From positions 512,001 to 576,000 of the forward strand of contig CAWKKR010000008.1 of the NCBI GenBank assembly GCA_963850305.1: a stretch of 64,000 nt of DNA. Reading direction: 5' to 3'. The notes beneath the pieces were generated by a model, which saw only the letters and a program-made list of their open reading frames with translations, made no database searches and was not told the DNA's origin. This DNA is from an uncultured delta proteobacterium (lineage in GTDB: Bacteria > Myxococcota_A > Polyangia > Polyangiales > Polyangiaceae). Of the stretch, positions 20,782 to 31,900 are shown piece after piece. Position numbers and translations under genes: made by a program. Each line of letters opens with the position of its first letter. Within the stretch, counting starts at the first letter, position 1.

Positions 20782-21212
20782 CGCTCGAGACGTGCCTCTC
20801 GACGCTCGAGACGTGCCTCTCGACGCTCGAGACGTGCCTCTCGACGCTCGAGACGTGCCTCTCGACGCTCGAGACGTGCCTCTCGACGCTCGAGACGTGC
20901 CTCTCGACGCTCGAGACGTGCCTCTCGACGCTCGAGACGTGCCTCTCGACGCTCGAGACGTGCCTCTCGACGCTCGAGACGTGCCTCTCGACGCTCGAGA
21001 CGTGCCTCTCGACGCTCGAGACGTGCCTCTCGACGCTCGAGACGTGCCTCTCGACGCTCGAGACGTGCCTCTCGACGCCGACGGACGCATCCTCGCGCCG
21101 CGTGATGCGCCTCTCGACGCTCGAGACGTGCCTCTCGACGCTCGAGACGTGCCTCTCGACGCCGACGGACGCGCCCTCGCGCCGCGTGAGCTGGCTCTCG
21201 ACGCCGACGGAC
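20782..21212. repeat. 21-bp tandem array (CGCTCGAGACGTGCCTCTCGA): 14 perfect copies, then degenerate and 2 further perfect units
   Basis: 20782-21075 is 14 x 21 bp; 42-bp variant blocks at 21076-21117 and 21160-21201; 2 perfect units at 21118-21159. Confidence 0.97.
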
Positions 21213-21284
21213 CCTATCGTTCCATTCAGGGTCGACGTAGCGCGGAGCGCTTACTCACTCGCGCAATGCGCGGCGCAGCGCGCC

Positions 21285-21620
21285 CTAGGGCACTTGGAAG
21301 TCTTGGCGGACCGTGAGACCGCAGGAGACGTACTCCGCCTCGAGAGGGGGATGCTTGCTCGCTAGATCGCCATCTAGGTCGCAGAAGATGAGCTCCCGCT
21401 CTCCCGCTGAGTAGAGGTCGGTCGCTTTCGAGAGAACCGCTCCCAGGACCATCTCGTCGAACGGCTTGAGGGACTTCACGGTGAAGACTTTCAGCGTCCG
21501 AGCGACTACGGCGGGTGACGGATTTATCCGCTCCATCGCACCTACGGCGGTCTGGACCTGCTGTTCGAGTGTCGAAAGCGCTGTCTTTCGATCGGCGTCG
21601 GCGAGGTCGCTCAGCTCATC
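21285..21620 (-). pseudogene. 3' remnant of a probable PIN-like domain gene
   Basis: Protein-like stretch LKPFDEMVLGAVLSKA...ELIFCDLDGDL ending at a stop; no plausible full-length 5' part or start. Confidence 0.4.
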
Positions 21621-21687
21621 GCGGGTTCGCCGCGAACGGGTCCGGGCATTCGACGACCCTGCCGACGTCTGCGAGCAAGGGCGCGCC

Positions 21688-23466
21688 TCAGAATTCATTT
21701 TCGCGGACGTATCTTCGGAGCTCGACGAACGCGATGAGCAAGGTCGCCAGGAGCAAACCAAGCACCGAGCCAATGCCGGACCGCAAGAAGACGGTCCGGC
21801 GAAGCGGCGGGGTCGTGGGTTCCGTCGGGGACGTGATCTGGTAGCGCGCGGCGGCCAGGGCTTTCTCGAGATCGAGGTCGAGCTCGCTCGCCTTGTAGCG
21901 GGCGAAGAGCTTGGCATGAAGCTCTTTGGTGCCGGCATACGTGCGCGTGAGCTCGGCGTATTGCGCTTCGACGTCCGGGAGTTCGCGAGCGGCTCGGTCG
22001 AGCTCCGCGAGGTCTCCACTCACGCGTGCCAGCTCTCTCGATGCGGCATTCTTCGATACCCGAAGGTCCGCGATGCGATCGTTCAAGGCGCGGAGCGCGG
22101 GATCGGCGCGGCGCTCGGTGTCCGTGATGGCGCCCTGAACGGTTTGCCTGGAGAGCCGTTCGAGTTCCTGCTCTTGCCGTTCGAGATGCTGGACCTCGGG
22201 ATGCTCGTCACCCAGCCCGGAAGCGCGTGCTTGACCGAGCTTCTGCTTCACGTCGACGAGAGCCGTCTCGTAAGGCGCCGCGGCCTCCACCTTGTGCGAG
22301 AAGAGCGGATCGTCGGCCGTGATCTTGTTTCGCTCGGCGGCGAGCGCGAGGGTCGAGCGCTCCACCTCCGCAGCCAGATCCGTCTGACGCGCCTTGAGCG
22401 ACAGGCGCGCCGTGAACTCCTCTTTTGCCTGGTCGGGGAGACCATCGGGGTGTCGCTCCTTGAAGTCCCGGAGCGACGATTCCATCTTCGTGAGCTCGGC
22501 GTCGTTCGTGTCGAGCTGGCCTCTCAGGAACGTCACCTCCGCACTCATCACGTGCAGCGTCTTCTCGACCTCGAACGCGACGAACTCCTTCGACTGCTGC
22601 TCGAGAAAGCGCGTCGCGTCGCGCGTGCTGCGGTCCGTGAACGTCGCGCGGTAGGTCCCGAGTGCGATCCCGTCGAATTGGAGGCGGTTCCGCGCGGAGA
22701 CGACCTCTTCCCGCGTCGGAGGACGCGGCGAGAGAGCGGTCAGCGTGCGACCGATGAGTTCCGGACTCCTGAAATCCATCTCCGCGGCGGAGAAGAACCT
22801 GTCGTCGGACTGTGTCCCGGGGTTGTCGGAGGGTTTCGGAGTGAGCCGGATCTCGAATGCGGCGCGACCTTGCGGCGGTTTCACCCGCACGCTCGCGGCG
22901 CCGGCGAAGCTTGCCGCGAACACACATCCGGCAATCAATGGGTGATACGGGCGAAGGAAACGTCCGCCGCGAATGATGCCGCCCACGACGTCGTGGAGCG
23001 TGAGTCCCTCGTCACCCGCACGAAACTGCAGGTCGCGATTCTGACCCGGGAACTTCGCGAGGGACCGCACGCCCTGGTGCGTGATCGCGTCGATCGGGAC
23101 GTGGGAGATGGCGATCGTCGACGGGCGGCCCGGATCCTCGGGCTGCGAGAGAAAGCTCATCACGGTCTCGCCGACGCGGAGCACGTCACCGGCGCGCAGC
23201 AACCCGTCGGCGGTGACCCGTTCACCGTTCACGAAGGTGCCGTTGGTGGACTTGAGATCGACGACGCGATGCTCCCCGTTCACGAGAATGAGCCTCGCGT
23301 GGCGTTGCGACACCGACGCTTGGTCTAGCCGGATGTCTGCATCTCTCGCACGCCCGATGACATACTCGCCGGGCCTCAGCGGAAATATGGACCCGGGGCG
23401 CGCGCCCGCTAGCACGAGCAGGAACCCGCCGTCGCCGAAGTCCGCACGGTCCGAAAGCGGCCCCAT
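21688..23466 (-). CDS. FHA domain fused to a polysaccharide co-polymerase (Wzc/GumC-like periplasmic coiled coil)
   Basis: FHA motifs IGR, SVSQRH, STNGTFVNG; TM segment; coiled coil with FKERH, GLGDEHPEV, ELPDVEAQYAELTR; Pro-rich motif before C-terminal TM; no BY-kinase domain. Confidence 0.8.
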   Translation of the reverse strand: MGPLSDRADFGDGGFLLVLAGARPGSIFPLRPGEYVIGRARDADIRLDQASVSQRHARLILVNGEHRVVDLKSTNGTFVNGERVTADGLLRAGDVLRVGETVMSFLSQPEDPGRPSTIAISHVPIDAITHQGVRSLAKFPGQNRDLQFRAGDEGLTLHDVVGGIIRGGRFLRPYHPLIAGCVFAASFAGAASVRVKPPQGRAAFEIRLTPKPSDNPGTQSDDRFFSAAEMDFRSPELIGRTLTALSPRPPTREEVVSARNRLQFDGIALGTYRATFTDRSTRDATRFLEQQSKEFVAFEVEKTLHVMSAEVTFLRGQLDTNDAELTKMESSLRDFKERHPDGLPDQAKEEFTARLSLKARQTDLAAEVERSTLALAAERNKITADDPLFSHKVEAAAPYETALVDVKQKLGQARASGLGDEHPEVQHLERQEQELERLSRQTVQGAITDTERRADPALRALNDRIADLRVSKNAASRELARVSGDLAELDRAARELPDVEAQYAELTRTYAGTKELHAKLFARYKASELDLDLEKALAAARYQITSPTEPTTPPLRRTVFLRSGIGSVLGLLLATLLIAFVELRRYVRENEF

Positions 23467-23501
23467 CTACGGTTTCTAAGACTCGTGAGGCCGCGTTGGG
23501 A

Positions 23502-24566
23502 CTAGGCCGTCGCCTGCACCGCGGACGTCACGAGGTCGACCGGCTCCGGCGTCGCGGCGCAGCTGTCGGCGCGAGACGCGAGCGCGCTGCCATCGGCCGT
23601 GCCGCACTGCCCCGCGCTTCCCGTCGCGAGGCGCCGGGCCTCGAGCTCCGGACCGAAGGTCTCCCGCACCCACCGTCCGACGTCGCTCGGAGGCGCCAGG
23701 AGTTCGGCAGACATCGCGACCGCGTGCAAGTCTCGGATCATGTCTTCGGCGGACCGGTACCGAGCCCGGACGTCGTGCTCCAGAGCTCGGAGGCACACCC
23801 CATCCAGACAGCGGGGCGGCGCGAGACCCAAGCTGCTCGGCGCCGGAGCCGGAGTGGTCTGCAGGCGCGCGAGCATGTCTTCGTAGGTCGATGCGTCGAC
23901 GAGTTCCTGACCGGTGAGTGCGTTCCACAGAATGACCCCAGCCCAGAAAACGTCGGACACCAGACCGCCACCGGCGAGCCCGATACGGGACATTCGGCAC
24001 GTGCCGTCGAGTCCAACGAGCAGGTTGCGCGGAGACAGGTCGCGAGAAGGCAGGTCGATGACCCTGGGGGCGTCCCGTACGAGGTGATGGGCCGCGCGGA
24101 GACCGCCGAGCGCGTCGAGGACGATGGGAACGATGAGCCGCGGCGGGCGGTACGTCGGGTGCCGCGACAGGAGGTCGTGGAAGCTGCCCCCGTGGACGTA
24201 GTCCATGACGACGTAAGGCTGCTCCCGGTAAAAGCCGGTATCGACGACGCCGAGGACGCGCGGGTCCGAGATGGTGCCGGCGATTCGCGCTTCTTCGAGG
24301 AGCGCGCGCGCCATCGCGCGGTCGCTCGCGAGGCTCTTTCTGAGCATCTTCAAGGCGAACAGGCGCTCGAATCCACCCTCTCCCCTCGCTCGAACGAGAT
24401 AGACGATGGTGACCGGGCCCCGCGCGATGCGGCCTAGAACCTCGTATCTGCCGAGCGTCTGCACTCCGGCGGCCCCGAGCGAACGTAATGTTGGCTGGTT
24501 GCCGAGAACGGCCCGGTCGTCGGCGTGACCGGTCGGCCCTGCGTCTTCAGTGATGGAGGTGGACAT
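23502..24566 (-). CDS. Degenerate Hanks-type Ser/Thr kinase (pseudokinase)
   Basis: GRYEVL, FALK, EEAR, VVMDYVHG, RDLSPRN present; Gly loop altered, DFG replaced, activation segment and APE missing. Confidence 0.75.
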   Translation of the reverse strand: MSTSITEDAGPTGHADDRAVLGNQPTLRSLGAAGVQTLGRYEVLGRIARGPVTIVYLVRARGEGGFERLFALKMLRKSLASDRAMARALLEEARIAGTISDPRVLGVVDTGFYREQPYVVMDYVHGGSFHDLLSRHPTYRPPRLIVPIVLDALGGLRAAHHLVRDAPRVIDLPSRDLSPRNLLVGLDGTCRMSRIGLAGGGLVSDVFWAGVILWNALTGQELVDASTYEDMLARLQTTPAPAPSSLGLAPPRCLDGVCLRALEHDVRARYRSAEDMIRDLHAVAMSAELLAPPSDVGRWVRETFGPELEARRLATGSAGQCGTADGSALASRADSCAATPEPVDLVTSAVQATA

Positions 24567-25950
24567 TCGGCAAGTACCGATCGAGCCCGATCTTGAGGAC
24601 CAGACCGAGCGCCGCTCCGACGCCGGCCGCGACCGGGGCGATCAATTCGCGCGAGATACGGAGCAGCCCGAAGCGACGGAATGCGAACCAGAACACGACG
24701 AGCATCGGCAGCTCGCTCACGGTCGTTCCCCACAGCACGCCTTTGAGGTGGCCCAGGTACCAACCGAGCGGGATGCCGATCCAGACGGCGATGAACCGTC
24801 CTGCGTTGGCGATCAGGTGAAAGCGCGGATGCCCGAGGGCGATGATGCACACGCCGCACGGATACAAGATGCACTGAAGCCCCACCCGCACGCACAGAAA
24901 CTGGAGCATGTACCCCGCGGCGCGATATCGCGGGTCATACAGGAGGCGAACGACGTTCGGGCCGAGCACGACGAGGGCGCCAAGCGCCGGCATCGCCAGC
25001 AAGTCGAGCTTGAGGCGTGCAGCGTAATAGTGACGCCCGACCTCGGCGGGCCGCTCCCGGACGACTTGACTGAACAGCCCGAAGAAGACGGCGTACGTGA
25101 GCCTGTTCACGACCTGTCCCACCGCCGAGCCGAGCATGCCGGCGACGCTGTAGACACCGAGCGTCGCCATCGTGAGGAAGCGCCCGAGCAGGATCCGGTC
25201 GCCCTCGCCAGCGAGAAAGGTGAAGAGACTCGAGCCGAAGATCCATTTTCCGAAATTGGTGATCGTCCGCGCCGCAGTCTTGTCCCACCGGAATCGATTC
25301 ACGTAGCCAGTGGGCAACAGGTGACTCCCGACGACCTCGAGGACCGATTGCGTCATGCCGCCGGCGATGAGCGCCCACACGGTCGGGGACAGCTTCGCCC
25401 AGACGAACATGACGATCATGGCCGCCACCTTCGACGTGACCTCGACGACGAGAAGCGGACCGCGGCGCACGTGGCGGGCGAGCGTATCGAGCTTCGTCGA
25501 GCCGAACCCGTGGATCACGAGCGCGAACGACGCGACGGTGATCATCGCGAAGAGCCGTGGCTCGTGATAGAGCAACGACACCGGGTACGCGAGCGCGATC
25601 GCCGCGCCCCACAGCATGAATCCACGAATCACCTGGATGGTCCATGCTGTGTTCAGGAAGTCGAGGTCGTCCCCATGCTCGCTGGAGATGATGCTGTCCT
25701 TGAGCCCGACGTCCGTCAGCATGCCCAGCGCGACCATGAACACCGTGACGATCGCCGTCAGCCCGTACGCCGCGGGGAAGAGCAGACGCGACAGGATCAA
25801 GTTCGTCGCCAGACGGAGCCCCTGACTCAGCAGATACCCGATGATCTCGATGACGGAGCCGCGAACGACGAGGCGCCGCAGCCGATTCGAATGCTCCGCG
25901 GTGTCTGCGGCGGCTGCGCGAATCGGGTGAACGACGCCGGTGTCGGTCAT
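24547..25950 (-). CDS. wzx: Wzx oligosaccharide flippase
   Basis: Multi-TM PST family pattern: LSRLLFPAAYGL, DVGL, NTAWT, FGKWIF, DRILLGRF, LGVYS, LLYDPRY. Confidence 0.88.
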   Translation of the reverse strand: MTDTGVVHPIRAAAADTAEHSNRLRRLVVRGSVIEIIGYLLSQGLRLATNLILSRLLFPAAYGLTAIVTVFMVALGMLTDVGLKDSIISSEHGDDLDFLNTAWTIQVIRGFMLWGAAIALAYPVSLLYHEPRLFAMITVASFALVIHGFGSTKLDTLARHVRRGPLLVVEVTSKVAAMIVMFVWAKLSPTVWALIAGGMTQSVLEVVGSHLLPTGYVNRFRWDKTAARTITNFGKWIFGSSLFTFLAGEGDRILLGRFLTMATLGVYSVAGMLGSAVGQVVNRLTYAVFFGLFSQVVRERPAEVGRHYYAARLKLDLLAMPALGALVVLGPNVVRLLYDPRYRAAGYMLQFLCVRVGLQCILYPCGVCIIALGHPRFHLIANAGRFIAVWIGIPLGWYLGHLKGVLWGTTVSELPMLVVFWFAFRRFGLLRISRELIAPVAAGVGAALGLVLKIGLDRYLPNVHLHH

Positions 25951-25953
25951 CGG

Positions 25954-28900
25954 TCACGTCGCGAAGTTCGAAGTACTCGAGCGCTCGACCGTGGGGACAT
26001 CGCCCGGCGGGGCGGCCGCGAACTCGGCGGGCGGAGCGTCGTCGAGATCGGCCCTGGGCGCAAACAGCTTCCGCACGCCGGACCGCGGCACCCGGGCCGT
26101 TGCGAGCACGTTCGAGAGACACGTGGACGTCAGTTCCGCATGTTCTTCGCTCACGAAGCTCGTGTGACCACCGCTCACCTCTACGACGAAGAGTTCGCCC
26201 AGCACCACCGGGCCCCAGCCGTTGCGAGGGTCGAAAATCTTCGTGTCGCGTTCGCGAGACCGAAGCAAGAAGACCGTGCCGGGGTACGGCTGCGGCTCGT
26301 AGCGGCTCTGCATGTCGGTCCACGCTGCCGCCACGGCCTCGTTCCGGAACTCGTACGGAAACCACCGAGACAAGCGCGAAAGCACGGACACTCGCAAATC
26401 CTGCCCGCGACGCAGGAGTCCCTCACCGAACGCCGTCAGCGCGTAGGAGACGCCATCGGACCGAACGCGAGTCGAATGGTATGCGACCCTTTCCGCGAGC
26501 GACCACATGGGGATCTGCGGATTCACGGCATCCAGCAGGACGAGCGCGCCAATCTGCTCGCCGCTCGCTCGAAGCTGCATCGCCATCTCGAGCGCCGCGG
26601 TCCCTCCCCCGGAGAAGCCCCCCAGGAAATAGGGGCCGTGCGGTTGCACCTCGCGCATGTCCTCGATGAACTCGCGAGCCATCTCCTCGACGGAGGTATG
26701 AGGAGCCCGTAGTCCGTCGACGCCGCGATGCTGAAGCCCGTAGAAGGGTTGATCGTCCCCGAGCTTCGCCGCCACCGGGCGGAGATTCATCGGATTGCCG
26801 CCTCGGCCCGCGACGCAGAAGAACGGGGGCAGCGACCCTTCGGGCTTCATCGGCACGACGGTCGACCAGGAACGCGACGCCCGTCCCTCGGCCCGCGTCG
26901 CGACGGTCATCTCCTGTCGAACGCGGACCGCCATCCTTTCGACTGTCGGAGCTTCGAACAGCGCGGACAGCGACAGGCGCACGCCGAACTCCTGGCGAAC
27001 CCGCGAAAGCAACCGGACCCCGAGCAGGGAGTGCCCGCCAAGCGCGAAGAAGTCGTCGGAAAGGCCCACATCGGGAATCTCGAGACTCGTCTGCCAGACA
27101 GCGACGAGTCGCCGTTCGACCTCATCGCGGGGCTCGTGGCGCGGTTCGGCGGACCCGAGGCTCCGGACCGGCGCCGGCAGGGCGTTCCGATCGATCTTGC
27201 CGCTCGGCGTGAGCGGCAGTGCGTCCATTCGCACGAACGCAGCCGGAACCATGTGGATCGGCAAGTACCGCCTCGCGTGTTCGCGGAGCGCGGAGGTATC
27301 GAGCGAGATCCCGGCGCGAGGCACGAGGTAGGCGACAAGTTCGAAGGAGCTGTCAGGCCGCGCGACGACCACGGCCTCCTTCACCGTCCGGTGCCCGGCG
27401 AGCACGGCCTCGATCTCACCGAGCTCGACGCGGTGCCCGCGCACTTTCACCTGATGGTCGTTTCGCCCCAGGTACTCGAACACACCGCCGGCAGCGATCC
27501 GGACGAGGTCGCCGGTTCGATACATCCTTGCGCCGGACACGAATGGGTCATCGAGAAATCGCTCCCGGGTGAGCTCCGGACGCGCGTGGTACCCGCGCGC
27601 CACCGACGGCCCGGCGATGTGGAGCTCACCCGCGGCGCCGATGGGTCTCTGACGGAGCTCCGGATCGAGCACGTAAAATCGCGTGTTCGCGATCGGACGC
27701 CCGATCGGCACGGGCCCCGGCTGGGCCTGGACAGCATGTGCGCTCGACCAGACGGTAGTCTCCGTGGGGCCGTACGCGTTCACGATCTGTCCTCGAATGA
27801 CCTTCGAGAGCTCCAGAACGAGCGTCTCGGAGAGCGCCTCGCCGGCGAGAATCAGCTGCCGGAGTCGACCGAGCGCGCTGCGCGTTTCCGGATCCTCGAT
27901 GAGCGTCGCGATCTGCGAAGGCGTACACTGAAAATGGGTTATGCCGAAACGTTCGATGAGTCTCGCGATCCCGAAGTCGGACCGACGCGCGTCGCCGAGC
28001 AGCTGATCTCCGAGCAGGACCACCGTGAGCCCGTGGGTGAGCGAACCGAGGATCTCGAGCACGCTGATGTCGAACGACACGCTCGTGCCGGCAAGCCAGA
28101 CGCCGTGGTCACGGAGATCGACGATGTCCTCCATGCCCCGAAAGAACGCGATGACGTTCCGGTGCTCGACCAGCACTCCTTTGGGTTTGCCCGTGGAGCC
28201 CGAGGTGTAGATGGAATAAGCGAGCTGATCCGGCGCTCCCGGTACGTCGAGAGGCTCCGCACTCTCGCGCAAGATGCTCGCCCGTGTGTGGTCGTCGTCG
28301 AGCACGAGCCGCTCCACGGGAGACTCGACGAGATCCATCGTCGAGGTCTCCGCGACGAGAAAGCGCGCCCCCGAGTCGGCGAGCATGAAGGACAGTCGCT
28401 CGCGCGGGTACGATGGATCGAGCGGGAGGTATCCACCGCCGGCGGTATGGACGGCAAGGAGCGCAACGACGAGGTCGAGCGATCTGTGCAGACAGACGCC
28501 GACCGGCGCGTCTCGCTTCACCCCCAGGGACCGGAGCGCACGAGCCAGCCTGTTCACCCGCACCCGCAGCTCTCGGTAAGTGACGCTGTGGCCCTCGAAC
28601 CAGACCGCGATCTTCTCCGGCCTCCGATCGACCTGCTTCTCGAAGAAGTGATGCACCAGAGCGTCCCGGGCAAGCGGTGGCTGCGCCGCGTTCCACTCGA
28701 GAAGCTCGGCACGCTGCGCGTACAGACCGTCGAGATCCCCGATGCGCGTCTCCGGCGCGGTGGCGACCTCGGAAAGGAGCTCTTGAAAGCACGCGACGAA
28801 GCGCCGGGCCGTCGCTTCCTCGAACAGATCGAGCGCGTACTCGAGGGCCCCAGAAACGGTCGCACCGTCATCGCGAACGTAGAGCGCCAGATCGGTGAGC

Positions 28901-31900
28901 GAACTCCCCGCATGGACCTCGACTTCCCGAAGGTCGAGGCCGGAAGCGATCGGGGTCACCTGGCGAAACGCGAAGAAAACCTGAAAGAGCGGCGTCCGGC
29001 TGCGGTCGCGCACCGGTCGGAGCGCCTCCACTACTTGCTCGAAGGGGATTCTTCGATGCTCGTACGCGCCGATACACGTCTCGCGCACGGCGGCGAGGAG
29101 CACCGGAAACGGCGCCGTATCGTCCAGCTTCGTGCGGAGGACCAGGGTGTTCACGAAGAGGCCGATCGCGTCCTTCAACTCGGGTCGAACGCGCTCGTCG
29201 ATCGCCGTCCCCACGACGAGGTCCCGCTCGCCCGTGTACCGGTACAGAGCGACGTTCAGCACGGCGAGCAGAACCATCTGGAGGGTGGTGCCTTCCGTTT
29301 TACCGAGATCCCGCAGGCGGGAGAGAACGTCCGCGGGAACTGCGAACGGCACGACGCTGCCGCGATAGCTCATCTGCGCAGGTCGCCTTCCGTCGAGCGG
29401 CAGCTCCAGGTTCGCGGGGATGCCTTCGAGGTTCCGGATCCAGTAGTCGAGCTCTCGCCTTCGCGTTGCGTCGTCGCGCGACGAGAGCTCCCACTCGACG
29501 TAATCGGCGTAGCTGACCTGCACGGGCGGCAGCGGGGATTCGCCTCCCTTCGCAAAGGCGTCGTAAAGCACCCGAAACTCGCGCTCGAACAGCTCGAAGG
29601 AAACGCCGTCCCAGATCAGGTGGCTCGCGACGAACCAGAGCACCTTATCTCCCTCGGCTAGTGTCGCGATGCCGGCGCGCCACGCCGGACCGTGTTCGGG
29701 GTCGAGCGGGCGAGCCAACCACGGAAAGAGCCGCTCTTCGATCGGAGGCTCGCGACCGGGCCACGAAGAGAGATCGTCGAGCTCCAGGTTCACCTCGATC
29801 GAATCGTGAGCGAGCTGCTTCGGCCCGGTATCGTCTTGAACGATCGACGTCCGCAAGACATCGTGTCGCCGGACGATCTCGCCGAGCACGCGTCGCGCGA
29901 TCTCTACGTCGAATTCACCGCGGATCCTGAACGCGCAGGGGAGGTTCAAGAAAGACGTACCGGGAAGCAACGCGTCCATGAACCACAGGCGCTGCTGTGA
30001 GGGCGACAGCGCAGCGGGACCCGCGTGCGTCCTCGGAATGATGGGATTCTCGGCAGATGGCTGAACACTTCCCTGCTCGACGTATCTGGCAAGGGCCTCT
30101 ACGGTCGGTTTACGAAAGAACCGCGCGAGCCCGACGTCGACACCCGAGGACTCGCCGACTCGGGCGAGCATGCGCGCCGCAAGCATGGAGTGTCCCCCCA
30201 TGGCAAAGAAGTCCTCGTCCACCCCGACGCGCTCGACCCCGAACAGTGTGCTCCAGATTCCGGCGACGATTCGCTCCGATTCACTCCGCGGGAGCACACG
30301 CTCCCGCGCCGACTCACCGGATGCGTCCGGCAGTGGCAAGCCGTTCCGATCGATCTTCTGGTTTGGCGTGCGAGGAAGCTCGGAAAGCACGACGAAGTGC
30401 TGCGGGATCATGTAACCAGGCAGGCTTTGCTCGACTCGCGCCCGAAGCTCGGGTGGCTTGACGGGACCGGAACTCGCCACGTATGCGACGATCCTTCGAT
30501 CGCCTGGAACGTCCTCGCGCACCACGACCGTGCACTCGCGAACGCGAGGGTCTTCGGCGATCACGCTCTCGATCTCGCCGAGCTCGATCCGGTAGCCGCG
30601 CACTTTGACTTGATTGTCGGCGCGCCGCGAGAAGAGCAGCGTGCCGTCTCGACGCCAGTGAACCAGGTCACCGGTTCGATAAAACACGCCGCTACCGATA
30701 TCGGCCCTCGAGATCGTGATGAAACGTTCTCGGGTGAGCTCCGGACGACCTAGATAACCGCGCGCGACGCCTTCGCCACCGATGTAGAGCTCGCCGAGCA
30801 CCCCGACGGGAACCCTCTCGCGGCGCTCATCGAGAACCAGAAGACGAGTGCCGGCGATCGGTCGTCCGATCGGCACCGAGCCTGGGACGTTTTCGACGCG
30901 ATGGCACGTCGACCATACGGTGGCCTCGGTCGGCCCGTACATGTTCCAGACGCTCCCGCACCTCTCGACCATGGCGAGCGCGAGCTCTCGAGGGAGGGTC
31001 TCGCCCCCGATGAGTGCCTTGAAGCGCGCGCCGAAGGGGAAGCGGGCCTCGACGAGCAACCGGAAGGTCGACGGGGTGGCTTGCAGGAATGTCACGCCAA
31101 ACCGAACGAGCAGTTCCGCGAGCGCACGCCCGTCCATGCCGACCTCGCGCGGGATCACGACCACCTGGGCCCCGACGGTGAGGGGCAAGAACAGTTCGAG
31201 CACGGAAATGTCGAATGACAGCGTCGTCACGGCGCCGACGACGTCGTCCGGCGAAAGCCCGGGTTCGCGCGCCATCGCGGCGAGGAAATTCGCGATGGAG
31301 CCGTTCGCGACGAGTACACCCTTGGGTTTGCCCGTCGATCCGGACGTGTGGAGCACGTAGGCGATCTGCTCCGCGTCGTCTTCGCGGGGTGGCCGTTCGG
31401 ACGAGCATGCAGCGATCCGGTCGGCGTGCGCATCGAGAACGACGCGCGTCTCGACTTGCAGAGGCGTGTCGTCGAGCGACGCTTCGGTCACGAGCGCGCT
31501 AAGCCCCGCATCGTTCGCGATGAACGCGAGGCGCGACGCGGGAAACTCCGGATCGAGCGGCACGTAGGTTGCTCCGGCCTTCAGCACGCCGAGCAACGCC
31601 ACGAGGAGCTCCGTTCCGCGACCGAGCGAGATACCGACGCGGTCCGCCGGTTTCACGCCGAGGGCGACGAGATGCCGGGCGAGGCGATTTGCTCGCTCGT
31701 CGAGCTCGCGATACGTGACCGCGGCGGTGAGAGAACGCGCGGCAACGGCATCCGGCGTCCGGCTCGCCTGTGCCTCGAAGAGCCCGGCGATCGTCCTCAC
31801 GGGCGGAGATCCGGGCGCGGCAGTTTCCCACGATTCGAGGAGCGAACACTCGCGAGGGGGAATCAGGGGCAGCTCACCCAGACGTTGAGACGAGTCACGA

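Noticed and set aside
20782..21212. CRISPR array
   Set aside because: Repeats are head-to-tail with no unique spacers, and there are no cas genes in the window.
24550..29661. Long plus-strand ORFs (720 aa and 977 aa)
   Set aside because: Antisense shadows of wzx and the NRPS, expected from high-GC codon bias; no recognisable motifs.
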